Shown here: positions 46,854-57,786 of the stretch, in pieces
How the letters are laid out: each line of letters opens with the position of its first letter
How positions within the stretch are numbered: the first letter of the stretch is position 1
Source of the DNA: Candidatus Gastranaerophilales bacterium
GTDB lineage: Bacteria; Cyanobacteriota; Vampirovibrionia; Gastranaerophilales; Gastranaerophilaceae
Reading direction: 5' to 3'
DNA length: 64,000 bases
Assembly: GCA_944324245.1 (NCBI GenBank)
Contig: CALUVO010000009.1
Coordinates: forward strand, 19,793-83,792
The notes under the pieces: generated by a model
Seen by the model: only the letters and a program-made list of their open reading frames with translations
Told to the model about the DNA's origin: nothing
The model's database searches: none
Translations under genes and position numbers: made by a program

Positions 46854-49361
46854 ATGACTAACAGCTTTTTAAAAGAAAATACTGATATATTGTATGATTT
46901 CCCTTTTGATTTACAAAAGGAAAATCTTCATAATCTTTTAAACTTTTATTCCTCTGATAATCAAGTATGTTTTTTAGAAGGTCAGACAGGATGTTTTAAA
47001 ACGGAATTGCTTGATTATTCTTGCAGATATCTAAAAGATAATGTTCTGTTGTTTAAATTTAAATGTTTTGAAGGAACTACTCTTGATGATATTTTTCTTT
47101 CATTTTTTGAGGATTTAAAAAAATACTCTCATCAAAAAAAGATATCTTTTACAAAGATAGAAACAAATTCCCTGTCAAAAAGAATAAATACCTATCTAAA
47201 TCATATAACGCTGCCATGTGTTATCGTAATTGATTCATTGGAAAATATATACAGCAAACGAAATAAAGCAGAAACAGATGAGATTATTTCTTATCTCAAA
47301 CATCTTAAATCAATGAATAAATTTAAAATAGTTCTGCTTTCTTCTGTTTTTGACAATACAATAAAATCTGATTTAGACAACGTAATTCATCTGCAGATTC
47401 AGCCTTTTGACAAAGAGCAGGTAAAACAATATTTCCAACATTTTTCTATTGAGTTAGAGTCGGATTGTCTTGACAATTTTTTTAATGTTACAAGAGGAAA
47501 TATTCTTTATACAAAACTTACAGCGAATTTATTATCAACTTTAAAAATAAATCTAGAGACATTAATAAGTGAATTTCAAGGTAAAAGAATTACTTATGAA
47601 GATTTTATTTTACAAAAACTTATTACTTTTATACCCGAATCCGTGAAAAAGTCTTTCTTTATGCTTTCTTTGTTTAACGAGGGTATAAAAGAGTATTATC
47701 TAACAGAGAATCATTTTTTTACTAAAGAGCAAATTCTTTATTTTAAAGAAAAATCGATTCTTTGCGAAGAATACGGCGTAGTATTTTTAGAACAGTATTT
47801 AAAAAAATATCTGCAAAGCTCTGTGTCACATTCTGATAAAATAAAAATACACTCTTTCTGGCGTGATTTTTATACATCACAACTTCCTGTAAAACCAAAT
47901 GATCGTGTTATTTTAATTTCAAGAAATACAATGAGAGCACAGATTGAATATCATTCAGCTCTTGTTACCGAAAGAAAAACAAACGAACAAAAATCTCCTG
48001 ATATGTCTCTTATGAGTTATTTAAACAGTAACTTGACAGCCTGGAATATAAAAAATACAAATATTGATGGAAAAGACGATAACGAAACTACTGAAGAACA
48101 TGTAGAACATAAAAAACGGCCGGTTCCTCCGAAAAGCTTGATAGAAAGAGATAAAAGATTTGAAAAATATGCGCTTACAAAAGATGAAATTTCACTTCTT
48201 TCACTGCCTGTTGATATGCAGAAAAAAGAAGAATCTATTGCTAAAGAAAATTTGTACAGAACAATAGAACAAAAAGAAGAAGCATTAAACATAGAAAAAA
48301 AGACCAATTCATTAAAATTTCTGTTAGATAAAGTGTTAGAATTAGAAAAATCTCATGATTTTGAAACGGCTATTACTTTATACAGTAATATGCTTTCTTT
48401 GAAAGATGACAAAGATTTTGATGAATTTCAACCTTTGATACTTGACAGACTTGCAATTTGTTCCAAAAAAATGAACAAAATGACAGACGCAATTGACTTT
48501 TATAACAAACTTACTGAACTTTATGCATCCCGGAATAATCAGGATAAGGTAAACGAAGTCAGGCTTAAAATAGCCGCAATATACAAAGAAACCTATAAGA
48601 TAAACCATGCAAGGGTGATTTTTGAAAATTTTGTAAATAAAAAAACTCAGGCGTCTGACAATATTGTATTTCATTCTTACATAGAGCTTGCAGATATTGA
48701 AGAAGATTTATCTAATACTGAGAAGGCGGTTGAATATTATAAAAAAGCTTTTGCACTTATTAATGACACTCTTAAATTAGAAGAGAATTATCTTGCACAG
48801 GCTTATTTTAAATATGCACTTATACTTGATGACTACAATCAAACGCAAGGTGCACTTGATTTTTATCAAAAATGCATTCAAAATGCCACTGACAAGTGTA
48901 TCTACAAATCAGCTGCATATACTAATATAGCTGAAATTATAAAAGAAACGGGCAAACTCAAAAATGCATCTGATTATTATAAACACGCATTAAAAATAGA
49001 TATAGAAAACTCAAATTACGAAGGCGTTTATTATATATGCCTGAAACTCGCACGATTATATGAATCTTTAAATCCTGACAAAGTATCTGACTGCCTGTTA
49101 AAATCCCTATCTGCGGCAAAAAGAACTAAAGAAAATATTTATATAACAAATGCATACATAGAAGTCGGGGATTACTATTGTGAAAAAAGTAATTACGAAA
49201 AAGCATTGAAATCATTTATGCTGGCTGAGAAAGCGTTATTAAAACAAGAATATGCCCGGGAAGATAAAAGTTCTCTAGATTTGAGGATTGATAATATAAA
49301 GAAAAAACTTTCAAAAAATCAAATTTTAAAAATAGAAAATGAAGTAAATAGAAATGAATAA
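46854..49361 (+). CDS. STAND-like P-loop NTPase with C-terminal TPR array
   Basis: Walker A-like 'GQTGCFKT', Walker B-like 'CVIVIDSLE', and multiple TPR-like 'A...Y..A' repeats in the last ~350 aa. Confidence 0.6.
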   Translation: MTNSFLKENTDILYDFPFDLQKENLHNLLNFYSSDNQVCFLEGQTGCFKTELLDYSCRYLKDNVLLFKFKCFEGTTLDDIFLSFFEDLKKYSHQKKISFTKIETNSLSKRINTYLNHITLPCVIVIDSLENIYSKRNKAETDEIISYLKHLKSMNKFKIVLLSSVFDNTIKSDLDNVIHLQIQPFDKEQVKQYFQHFSIELESDCLDNFFNVTRGNILYTKLTANLLSTLKINLETLISEFQGKRITYEDFILQKLITFIPESVKKSFFMLSLFNEGIKEYYLTENHFFTKEQILYFKEKSILCEEYGVVFLEQYLKKYLQSSVSHSDKIKIHSFWRDFYTSQLPVKPNDRVILISRNTMRAQIEYHSALVTERKTNEQKSPDMSLMSYLNSNLTAWNIKNTNIDGKDDNETTEEHVEHKKRPVPPKSLIERDKRFEKYALTKDEISLLSLPVDMQKKEESIAKENLYRTIEQKEEALNIEKKTNSLKFLLDKVLELEKSHDFETAITLYSNMLSLKDDKDFDEFQPLILDRLAICSKKMNKMTDAIDFYNKLTELYASRNNQDKVNEVRLKIAAIYKETYKINHARVIFENFVNKKTQASDNIVFHSYIELADIEEDLSNTEKAVEYYKKAFALINDTLKLEENYLAQAYFKYALILDDYNQTQGALDFYQKCIQNATDKCIYKSAAYTNIAEIIKETGKLKNASDYYKHALKIDIENSNYEGVYYICLKLARLYESLNPDKVSDCLLKSLSAAKRTKENIYITNAYIEVGDYYCEKSNYEKALKSFMLAEKALLKQEYAREDKSSLDLRIDNIKKKLSKNQILKIENEVNRNE

Positions 49362-50073
49362 CGAACAAATCAAAAAAATAGAACAATTAACAGATATTCC
49401 TCTTTCAAAGCTTGCAATACAAAGACTGAATGACTTTGAGCAGCTTTTTAGGTTTTATAATTCACATACAAACCTAGTAAGTAAAAATGATGAGAAAAAT
49501 CTGTTTGAAAAACATATTTATGATTCATTGAATTTGTGCCTTTTTATAAAAAAATACAACATACAAAATGATGCCAAACTTTTGGATATAGGTACGGGCG
49601 GAGGGTTCCCTTCTATACCGTTGAGTATAATATATCCGGATATGCAGATTTATCCGCTTGATTCAATTGCTAAAAAAATAGGTTTTATAGAACTTGTGCA
49701 AAAAGAATTGCGTCTGGATAATCTGCATCCGCTGTGTTGCCGCATAGAAGAGCTTTCATCCGACTACAGAGAGTTTTTTGATGTTGTGACATCCCGTGCA
49801 GTTGCACAATTGAATGTGCTTCTTGAATATTCTGTGCCTTATGCTAAAGTAAGCGGATATATAGTTGAATTTAAGTCAAAAACTACTAATGAAGAACTTG
49901 ATACGGCAAAAAATGCTCTGACTGTTTTGCATAGCAAAACAGCAGATTGTATAAAATACAATCTGCCGTTGATAGAAAAGCATGACAGAGAATTAGTTGT
50001 TATACAGAAACTTAAGTCTGTTGCAAATATTTACCCGAGAAAATCCGGTCTGCCCAAAAAAAATCCTCTTTAG
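49354..50073 (+). CDS. rsmG: 16S rRNA (guanine527-N7)-methyltransferase
   Basis: 'LLDIGTGGGFPSIPLSI' SAM motif and 'FDVVTSRAVA'. Confidence 0.9.
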   Translation: MNNEQIKKIEQLTDIPLSKLAIQRLNDFEQLFRFYNSHTNLVSKNDEKNLFEKHIYDSLNLCLFIKKYNIQNDAKLLDIGTGGGFPSIPLSIIYPDMQIYPLDSIAKKIGFIELVQKELRLDNLHPLCCRIEELSSDYREFFDVVTSRAVAQLNVLLEYSVPYAKVSGYIVEFKSKTTNEELDTAKNALTVLHSKTADCIKYNLPLIEKHDRELVVIQKLKSVANIYPRKSGLPKKNPL

Positions 50074-50082
50074 CTATCTTTC

Positions 50083-51744
50083 TTATCCCATTGCAGCTAT
50101 TTGCTCATCAGGTAATTTTGTTTGTACAACAACTTTTTGCTGTACCGGCTCCTGATGAATAAAGCCAATAGGTTTTCTCTGGTTTTTCCCGGATGCCTTT
50201 ATGTTCTGGCTTATATATTTCTCCAGCCCTTTATAAAAATCATCTTCTATCAGGATAACATTATCTATTTCGTCTTCTTTTAGCGTTCCATTCTCCATTT
50301 TTTCAAATATATTCAATCTTTCATAAGCCATATCATATGCATTATCATTAATACAGTTTAAATCCGAGCCATTGAATCCTTTTTCGTGCAGCTTCTTAGC
50401 GAATTTTTGCCTGTCAAAATTTTTATCAATATTGAAATCTTTGAGCTGCTTGTCAAGAATATCTCTGAGTTCTTCCAGATTTGGATTCTTTATTTCTATT
50501 TGTTTGCCCAGTCTGCCTCCTCTTACAATTGCATCATCCAGCGTTTCAATTTTATTAGTTGTTGAAATTACAAATACCTGATCATTATTTTTTTCAAGAT
50601 TACTTATAAGTCCGAGTATCTGGTTCAATTCATCGGCGGCATATGGCTGAAGAGCACTTCTTTGTTTGAATACTGCATCACATTCATCTACAAGAATAAT
50701 ACTGGGCTGATTGTCTATTGCATCTTGAAAGACTTTTCTCCAGTTTGCTTCTGTCTGGCCGACAAGTCCTCCTCGTAAAGATCCTGCATTTACTTCAAAA
50801 TAGCTTGCACCTGCATCATTCGCAAGAGCTTTAGCTACAAATGTTTTACCGGTTCCGGGTGGCCCGTACAGAATAATTCCGTGGTTGAGCTTTTTCCTTT
50901 TTTCATACCACTTTGGATTTTTTATTGGATACAAGATATTCTTTTTAAGCTCGTCTATTACGTCTTTCATTCCGCCTACATCTGCAAGTCCGAAGGACTT
51001 TTTTTCATTTTCTTCAAGAAACAAATCTTTAAATGTTTTTTTGTTTACATTGTTTATTGATGTTTTTACTTCTTCTGTCACATTTATTGGTACAGAAAAA
51101 CATGCTCTTAGTGAACTAAGATTCTCCGTAGATTTCTCTTTTAAACTAAATTGAAATGCTTTATCCGGAAATTTCAATATATCCATACCCAGGTTTTCAC
51201 CGACAAGAACTTTTGCATTTTCTTGCAGCCATATACTTGATTTTTGACCTAAAAGATAATTTTTCTTTTGCAGATTTGTAACAAGCAGCGGGTTGTCACC
51301 AAGATTTATTAATCCTGGTGACAATTCAGTTCTGACAATAGCAATAGCTTCTGGTATCTTTTCTTCTGGAATAAAAAATATTCTTTTTATTACATCATCA
51401 AAAACATCTACCGATTTGTTTATAAACTTTTGTGCGATTTGTTTGCTTCTTGCAGCAATAATTACATCAGAGCTGCCCAATATTTCGTAAATTGAAGCAA
51501 GTCTCTCTTCAAAAGGTATGACTTTTATTACTGATGGAATAAGTGTACTAACTTTTTCTATTCCTTTAAAAGATATATTATTTTTTTTGTTTACAAGCAG
51601 TTTTCCGTAATTGTAATCTTGCAATTGTGTAACCGGTAATTGTGAAACATTTGGCTGTATATTATTATCAGATTTTGCTGCTGTGCAATTCGGGTTGCTG
51701 TTTAATCTAAAAGTGTTGTAGTAAGTGACCGGTGTAATTTTCAT
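50083..51744 (-). CDS. AAA+ ATPase (classic AAA clade) with ~270-aa N-terminal domain of unknown function
   Basis: 'GIILYGPPGTGKTFVAKALA' and 'IILVDECD'. Confidence 0.8.
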   Translation of the reverse strand: MKITPVTYYNTFRLNSNPNCTAAKSDNNIQPNVSQLPVTQLQDYNYGKLLVNKKNNISFKGIEKVSTLIPSVIKVIPFEERLASIYEILGSSDVIIAARSKQIAQKFINKSVDVFDDVIKRIFFIPEEKIPEAIAIVRTELSPGLINLGDNPLLVTNLQKKNYLLGQKSSIWLQENAKVLVGENLGMDILKFPDKAFQFSLKEKSTENLSSLRACFSVPINVTEEVKTSINNVNKKTFKDLFLEENEKKSFGLADVGGMKDVIDELKKNILYPIKNPKWYEKRKKLNHGIILYGPPGTGKTFVAKALANDAGASYFEVNAGSLRGGLVGQTEANWRKVFQDAIDNQPSIILVDECDAVFKQRSALQPYAADELNQILGLISNLEKNNDQVFVISTTNKIETLDDAIVRGGRLGKQIEIKNPNLEELRDILDKQLKDFNIDKNFDRQKFAKKLHEKGFNGSDLNCINDNAYDMAYERLNIFEKMENGTLKEDEIDNVILIEDDFYKGLEKYISQNIKASGKNQRKPIGFIHQEPVQQKVVVQTKLPDEQIAAMG

Positions 51745-52298
51745 TAATAAATTCCCCTTTTCTCTAAAGTATATTTATATGTTTTAAATAATAATTTCAA
51801 AAAAAACCGCTTATCTTTTCAGACTCGCGGATGCAATTTTTATAGATAAAGTGTGTTTTTAACAATTATATTCCACTGTTACATACGCGGATTTGAGAGA
51901 GCACATACGCATTGAACGCATAATTGACCATATTGCAAGAAATACTAATCTCGTATTGAGTACAAAAGCGTGATGACAGTGTTTATTTAATATAATAAAT
52001 TCTAACAAATTCTTTTGCTCCATTTATTAGTACTACATCTGTAAATGTATTATATAAAAGTACACTATGTTTCGGTTTTCGTCAATAGTTTGTTATATGT
52101 GTAGTATTTAAGTGAAAATTAAAAAATTACACACATTTTCGTTAATTTTATAAATTTAATTTATGTTTTTTGCTTAAAAACACTGATTATTTATTTAAAA
52201 ATAGATTTTGTTTATATTTGTTTGTATTTATTGTAAAAATAACACTTTATATTATTGTTACATTTCTTAACATTGCTGGTAAGTTATTTATAAGAATT

Positions 52299-52991
52299 TT
52301 ATGAATTAGCAAATTCTTCTTTTCTTAATTCAGTATTGTCTTCTTCATCATCAATATAATCATATCGACACATTTGTGCAACAGTCTTTCCCCATTGCTC
52401 AATGATTTCATCCTGCGGTAATTCATAGGAAATAGGTTTTCCTATTTGTACTATTACTTTGGCTCCAAAAGGAATCCAATTATATTTTTCACATCCCGTT
52501 ATAGAAACAGGAAGAATATCCCATTTTGCCGCTTTTGCAATTACTGCAAAGCCTTTATTTATTTTTTCAATGGTTTTGTTTCTTCTTATTCCGCCCTGAG
52601 GGAAAATACCCAGAAGCCAGTTAGTTTTGTACAAATCCTTTACTGTTTTTATTGTTGAAACTTCTAATTTTTCTCTGTTTACAGCAAAAGCTCCCAGCCA
52701 ATCCATATTGAAACGGAATAAAAATCCGTCATCTTCAAACAGTTCTTTCTTTGCCATATATGCAATAGGCTTTCTGACTGCTACTGATACCAGAAAAGGG
52801 TCAAGATAGGAGATATGGTTCGCTGCACAAATAAACTTTTTATTTTTAGGAATATTTTCTCTTCCTTTTATTTCAAATTTGTAAAAGAACCAGAAAACCG
52901 GTATGGCAACAAAAATGCACCATAATGCCTGATAGAGCATTCTTATAATATTAAATTCTTTTGCATATCTTCTTGCATAATTCCTTGTCAT
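52299..52991 (-). CDS. plsC: 1-acyl-sn-glycerol-3-phosphate acyltransferase
   Basis: 'AANHISYLDP' (HX4D) and 'IFPQGG'. Confidence 0.8.
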   Translation of the reverse strand: MTRNYARRYAKEFNIIRMLYQALWCIFVAIPVFWFFYKFEIKGRENIPKNKKFICAANHISYLDPFLVSVAVRKPIAYMAKKELFEDDGFLFRFNMDWLGAFAVNREKLEVSTIKTVKDLYKTNWLLGIFPQGGIRRNKTIEKINKGFAVIAKAAKWDILPVSITGCEKYNWIPFGAKVIVQIGKPISYELPQDEIIEQWGKTVAQMCRYDYIDDEEDNTELRKEEFANS

Positions 52992-53018
52992 TCAATACCC
53001 CTAATTCCAGTTAAAAAC

Positions 53019-53657
53019 TTATTCTAAAACATACTCTTTGCCGGTTAAATCTGAAATAGTACTGCACCATTGCTGCATCATATCATCTATGTTGTCGCTG
53101 TATGGTATCATTTTCCCGATTTTGATTGTGAGATTTGAAGAAAACGGCCATTTAGGCTTTTTGTCTGAGCCAATAATTGCAACCGGCAGTATACCTGTTT
53201 TTGTGGCTTTTGCAAAAGAAGCAAAGCCTTTTGATATTTTTTCTATTCTGTCACTGGAATCTCTGGTTCCTTGAGGGAAAAGCCCAAGCATCCATTTTGT
53301 ATTTTTTATGTTCAATGCTGTTTTTATTGTGGATACTTCTACTTTATCTCTTCTGACAGCAAAGGCACCGCAAAAATCCATCAATAATCTGGAAAAGAAT
53401 TTTTCGAACAATTCTTCTTTTGCCATAAATGCTATAGGTAAATCAAGAGCAAATGGCAGCAAAAAAGGGTCTCTGCCGGAGATATGGTTTGCTGCAACAA
53501 TAAATTTATCTTCATCAGGAATATTTTCTTTGCCTTCTACGTGGTAATTGTACATTAATTTTATGTATGCACCAAAAAATATATTGCACGTTACCCATTG
53601 GAATATAGTCCTGAATTTATTATAAATTTTTGCATCTCTTTTTGAAAAAGTACTCAT
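53019..53657 (-). CDS. plsC: 1-acyl-sn-glycerol-3-phosphate acyltransferase, tandem paralog
   Basis: 'AANHISGRDP' and 'LFPQGT'. ATG 53657 gives the same N-terminal length as the paralog; the ORF track start is TTG 53708. Confidence 0.75.
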   Translation of the reverse strand: MSTFSKRDAKIYNKFRTIFQWVTCNIFFGAYIKLMYNYHVEGKENIPDEDKFIVAANHISGRDPFLLPFALDLPIAFMAKEELFEKFFSRLLMDFCGAFAVRRDKVEVSTIKTALNIKNTKWMLGLFPQGTRDSSDRIEKISKGFASFAKATKTGILPVAIIGSDKKPKWPFSSNLTIKIGKMIPYSDNIDDMMQQWCSTISDLTGKEYVLE

Positions 53658-53740
53658 TTCTGTATTTTCCCCAACAATTTCTTTAAGCACTTTATAGTAT
53701 TGTAGCAAAAATAAATTGTTAAATCCAATAAGCCTGCTGG

Positions 53741-54820
53741 CTATAAGTCCATAACCTTTAGTATATCATCAAGTTGAGAAGTTGTCTTTTTGACTTCACA
53801 TCCCGAATATTTTATGGCGGAATCAGGATCTTTTAAGCCATTGCCTGTTAATATGCAGACAATTTTCTTTCCGTTTTCAATAAGACCCAATTTCATAGCC
53901 TTTATAACACCGGCTACAGATGCAGCACTTGCCGGTTCCGCAAGGATTCCCTCGGATGAAGCAAGGAGCTTGTATGCTTCTATAATCTGTTCATCTGTTA
54001 CAAAGTTTATAATGCCGCCTGATTTGTCACGCGCATTTTCAGCCTGCTTCCAGCTTGCGGGATTTCCTATTCTTATTGCTGTTGCAATAGTTTCCGGCTT
54101 CATAATTCTTTCGCCTTTTACTATTGCAGCTGCACCCTCTGCTTCAAATCCCATCATCTTAGGAACATGTGTAGATTTGCCGATATTAAAGTATTCTTCA
54201 TAACCTTTAAAATAAGCTGTTATATTTCCGGCATTTCCAACGGGTATAAAATGATAATCCGGTGCATCATCTAATGCATCACAAATTTCAAAAGCACCGG
54301 TTTTTTGTCCTTCTATTCTGTACGGGTTAACAGAGTTTACAAGAGTAACAGGATATTTTTCGGAAATTTCGATTACTCTCTCAAGTGCTTCATCAAAATT
54401 TCCTTTGATTGCTATAATTTCGGCTCCGTACATCATAGCCTGTGACAATTTGCCAAGAGCAATATATCCGTCAGGTATAAGTACATATGTTTTTAATCCT
54501 GCTTTTGCTCCGTATGCAGCAGCTGCTGCTGAAGTGTTGCCGGTAGATGCACAGATAATAGCTTTTGCACCTGCTTCTTTTGCTTTTGTTACTGCCATTG
54601 TCATACCACGGTCTTTAAAGCTTCCGGTCGGGTTTGCTCCTTCAAATTTCAGATAAATTTCACAGTCAAGTCCGATTTTTTTTGCCAGATTATCCGCTTT
54701 TATTAATGGTGTGTTTCCCTCATTAAGAGTTACAATTTCTGTCGTATCACTTACAGGAAGATATTCTCTGTATCTGTTTATTAAGCCTTTATAATGACCT
54801 GTCTGTTGAAAATTATTCAT
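53741..54820 (-). CDS. thrC: Threonine synthase
   Basis: PLP lysine motif '[11 protein letters not shown]' and 'GNAGNITA'. Confidence 0.93.
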   Translation of the reverse strand: MNNFQQTGHYKGLINRYREYLPVSDTTEIVTLNEGNTPLIKADNLAKKIGLDCEIYLKFEGANPTGSFKDRGMTMAVTKAKEAGAKAIICASTGNTSAAAAAYGAKAGLKTYVLIPDGYIALGKLSQAMMYGAEIIAIKGNFDEALERVIEISEKYPVTLVNSVNPYRIEGQKTGAFEICDALDDAPDYHFIPVGNAGNITAYFKGYEEYFNIGKSTHVPKMMGFEAEGAAAIVKGERIMKPETIATAIRIGNPASWKQAENARDKSGGIINFVTDEQIIEAYKLLASSEGILAEPASAASVAGVIKAMKLGLIENGKKIVCILTGNGLKDPDSAIKYSGCEVKKTTSQLDDILKVMDL

Positions 54821-54825
54821 TTTGT

Positions 54826-56100
54826 TTACTCCATTACTCTTATTAAATTATTTATATTTAAAATGTTTGAATTTTCTTTTAATTCTTTTATTGCGGATTT
54901 TATATTACTTTCTTTGCAGGCTTCTGTTATAACAACAATGTCAGCCGTATTTTTTTCATCAATGCCTTTTTGTAAAACGCTTGCAAGACTAATATTGTGC
55001 CGTCCGCAAATTTCGCCTATACATCCTATTACACCGGGCGTATTTGATGCGGTAACAGCAATATAGTATTTATTTATTGTTTCATTGATATCTGTTTGTT
55101 GTGCGTTGATTGTATGACTGCACTTCATTAAAGGTAAGATATCATTGCTCCCGATACTTTTTGCAATAGCAAGAATGTCACCGAGTACAGAACTTGCTGT
55201 AGGAAACATGCCTGCACCTGGTCCGGCAAACATTACACGTCCTACTGGAAAACCTTCCAGAACAACACTGTTGGTAACACCGTTTATTGCAGCAAGACAA
55301 TCTTTAACGGAGACAAGCATCGGATGAACTCTTACATCTGTTTTATTTTCTTCTGTTAATTTAGCAAGAGCAATAAGTTTTATTTTGTAACCCAGTTCTT
55401 TTGCAAATTTCATATCTTTTGCACTGATTTTTGTAATACCTTCTCTGTAAATTTTATTTATATCAACTCTTTGATTAAGAGCTATTGTTGCAAGAGTTGC
55501 TATTTTATAAGCAGAGTCATAACCTTCTACATCACCTGTAGGGTCTGTTTCTGCATAGCCAAGAGCCTGCGCTTCTTTTAAGACTTCTTCGTAGGAGACA
55601 CCTTCTCGTTCCATTTTTGTTAAGATGTAATTTGTTGTACCGTTAAGAATTGCTTCTATTTTGTGTATCTTATTACCGGTAAGAGTTGTTTTTATAGGCA
55701 TAATTATCGGAATACCTCCGGCAATTGCCGCTTCATATAATATAACCGTGTTCTTTTCGTTGGCCAGTGCAAAAAGTTCCTGACCTTTTTTTGCAAGCAA
55801 TTCTTTGTTAGCTGTTACAATATGTTTACCGTTTAAAATAGCTGTTTTTAATAAATCATAAGCAGGGTCGACTCCGCCTATTACTTCTACTACTATATCC
55901 AATTCAGGGTTATTAACTATTTCAAACGGATTGTTTGTCAGTATGGATTCATCAAGATTTTCGATATCTCTTTTTTTGTTGAGGTTTTTTACTGCAATTT
56001 TTACAATTTCTATATTAGCAAAGTCTTTTAATACCTTTACAACTCCTGTACCTACAGTACCGAGACCTATCAGACCTATTTTAACTTTTTGTTCTTCCAT
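54826..56100 (-). CDS. hom: Homoserine dehydrogenase with C-terminal ACT domain
   Basis: '[13 protein letters not shown]', 'GTTNYILT' and '[14 protein letters not shown]'. Confidence 0.93.
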   Translation of the reverse strand: MEEQKVKIGLIGLGTVGTGVVKVLKDFANIEIVKIAVKNLNKKRDIENLDESILTNNPFEIVNNPELDIVVEVIGGVDPAYDLLKTAILNGKHIVTANKELLAKKGQELFALANEKNTVILYEAAIAGGIPIIMPIKTTLTGNKIHKIEAILNGTTNYILTKMEREGVSYEEVLKEAQALGYAETDPTGDVEGYDSAYKIATLATIALNQRVDINKIYREGITKISAKDMKFAKELGYKIKLIALAKLTEENKTDVRVHPMLVSVKDCLAAINGVTNSVVLEGFPVGRVMFAGPGAGMFPTASSVLGDILAIAKSIGSNDILPLMKCSHTINAQQTDINETINKYYIAVTASNTPGVIGCIGEICGRHNISLASVLQKGIDEKNTADIVVITEACKESNIKSAIKELKENSNILNINNLIRVME

Positions 56101-56163
56101 TAATATTCCCTATGTCGATTTAATTATTAATTATTGTAATTAAATCATAAAAATAATACCTGC

Positions 56164-56195
56164 ACAAAAAAATAAAGGGCACTTTTTGTGCCCTT
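56164..56195 (-). terminator. Rho-independent terminator of the 56246-57553 gene
   Basis: On the minus strand: 'aagggcac aaaaa gtgccctt' followed by TATTTTTTT. Confidence 0.75.
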
Positions 56196-56245
56196 GAAAC
56201 CTACCATACCTTAATTATAAACCGAGGAATTACATATTATTTTTA

Positions 56246-57553
56246 TTAGATAACCTGTTCATCTGTTATATTTGCTTCGTTGTCAAATTTTTTATAAACT
56301 GCTTGTTCTACGCTATGTAATGTAGTAAACAAATTGTTGATTGCATCTGATACAGAATCTTTGTCTTCTTTGGTCAAATCATTACCACTAACTCCGTTAA
56401 AGCTGGATTCCATATTTTGAACTGCATTTTTTAGATTTTTAATTGTTTCTTCATCGCAATAACCTGAATCAATAAGATCATTTGTTCTGGAAACTAATGA
56501 TTCTTTAATCCTTTTAATGAATGGTTTAGCATCGTCATCACCCCAGCCGTTTTGCGTTAACCAGCCGTGATTATTTCCAGTGCCCCAGTTATTGCATTCA
56601 TCAAATATTTTTTCAGGAAGTGTCAATCCATCACCATTCATTTCGTTATGCTCATTGAATGTTTGGATAGTTTCTACAACATTGTATTTTGTAGTAGCTT
56701 TTGAAGCTTTTGCAAGTTCGGTTTTATTTGTTCCTGCGCCATCCATTGCCTCAAAGTATAATTCTGCTGTTTTCTTATAACCGTAAGCTGATTGTGCTCT
56801 TTCGATTATATTTTGATTCGGTCTTGTTACAGCATTGCTGTCAGTATCTTCCTCAGTATCTTCTTTGGATTCTTTTTCACCTATTTTTGTTGTGTGTGAT
56901 TCTACTATTTTCTTCAACGTAATGAAATCATCTCTGTCGATTTTTCCTGTTTTTGCATATTTACCAGCAATTTCACGGATTTTGTTAAATTCTTCTTCGC
57001 TTAATTCAGGGTTTTCATTTGTCATATAATCATTTATAAGATTCATTAATCTTTGAAGAATAGTTGTTTCTGTTCCGTCTTCAAGTTTAATTTTTCCGCC
57101 TAATGCAGCCTGCCATTTAGGATCAGAGCCTAATCTGCCGATAAATGCGCTTACATCTGATTCATCTATTTTATCTGCAAAGCCAGAAGATTTGCCATTA
57201 TTTACAGTAGGATTGGTCGTATTGTTTACAGGAGGCAATTGGCCGATATTTACATTAGTTCCTGATGAAAGATTCATCATGGAATTTTGATACCAAGCTG
57301 ACATATTAGACATATATTTATTTAAAATTGGCATCCATTTTGCATTAAACATAGCTACTTGATTTACAAGATTGTTGGTTGCCCAATCAAAATTGAATAA
57401 ACCACTGTCATTCCAGGTGCCAAGTGAATCCTGCGGAGACATTGCTGAGAAATCATAAGACCACAAGCTGGTCGGCATTGCGCTGTATCCTGTAATTGCT
57501 GAATCAGGTATCCAGTAATTATTATTTCCGTTAACTCCAATTCCGATAACCAT
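56246..57553 (-). CDS. Hypothetical protein (435 aa), Asn/Trp-rich N-terminus
   Basis: A long clean ORF with its own terminator. No domain recognised. Confidence 0.55.
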   Translation of the reverse strand: MVIGIGVNGNNNYWIPDSAITGYSAMPTSLWSYDFSAMSPQDSLGTWNDSGLFNFDWATNNLVNQVAMFNAKWMPILNKYMSNMSAWYQNSMMNLSSGTNVNIGQLPPVNNTTNPTVNNGKSSGFADKIDESDVSAFIGRLGSDPKWQAALGGKIKLEDGTETTILQRLMNLINDYMTNENPELSEEEFNKIREIAGKYAKTGKIDRDDFITLKKIVESHTTKIGEKESKEDTEEDTDSNAVTRPNQNIIERAQSAYGYKKTAELYFEAMDGAGTNKTELAKASKATTKYNVVETIQTFNEHNEMNGDGLTLPEKIFDECNNWGTGNNHGWLTQNGWGDDDAKPFIKRIKESLVSRTNDLIDSGYCDEETIKNLKNAVQNMESSFNGVSGNDLTKEDKDSVSDAINNLFTTLHSVEQAVYKKFDNEANITDEQVI

Positions 57554-57786
57554 AGTTTTGTCCCCTAATATTCCTTTAAATTAATTTCCTCTAAAATAAA
57601 GACTTTTGTAATTCAGTCTTTTTAAATTCCTCGTTCCTGTATTAATATAAAAAAATTTGGGGATTAAAAATTGCCTTTTTGATAAATGTTTAGTTTACAA
57701 AACTTAACAAAAGCTTTAAGATGCCTGAAATTGTTTTCATGCTAGAATCTTACATGTAATTGTTAAAAAGATGAGGTTAGTAAATT

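Noticed and set aside
51745-52298. A 554-bp AT-rich gap upstream of the AAA ATPase gene was examined for an sRNA, riboswitch or repeats.
   Set aside because: - Only short imperfect repeats were seen (for example 'cgcggat' twice).
- There is no convincing hairpin/terminator pair and no conserved motif.
- It is most simply a promoter/regulatory region.
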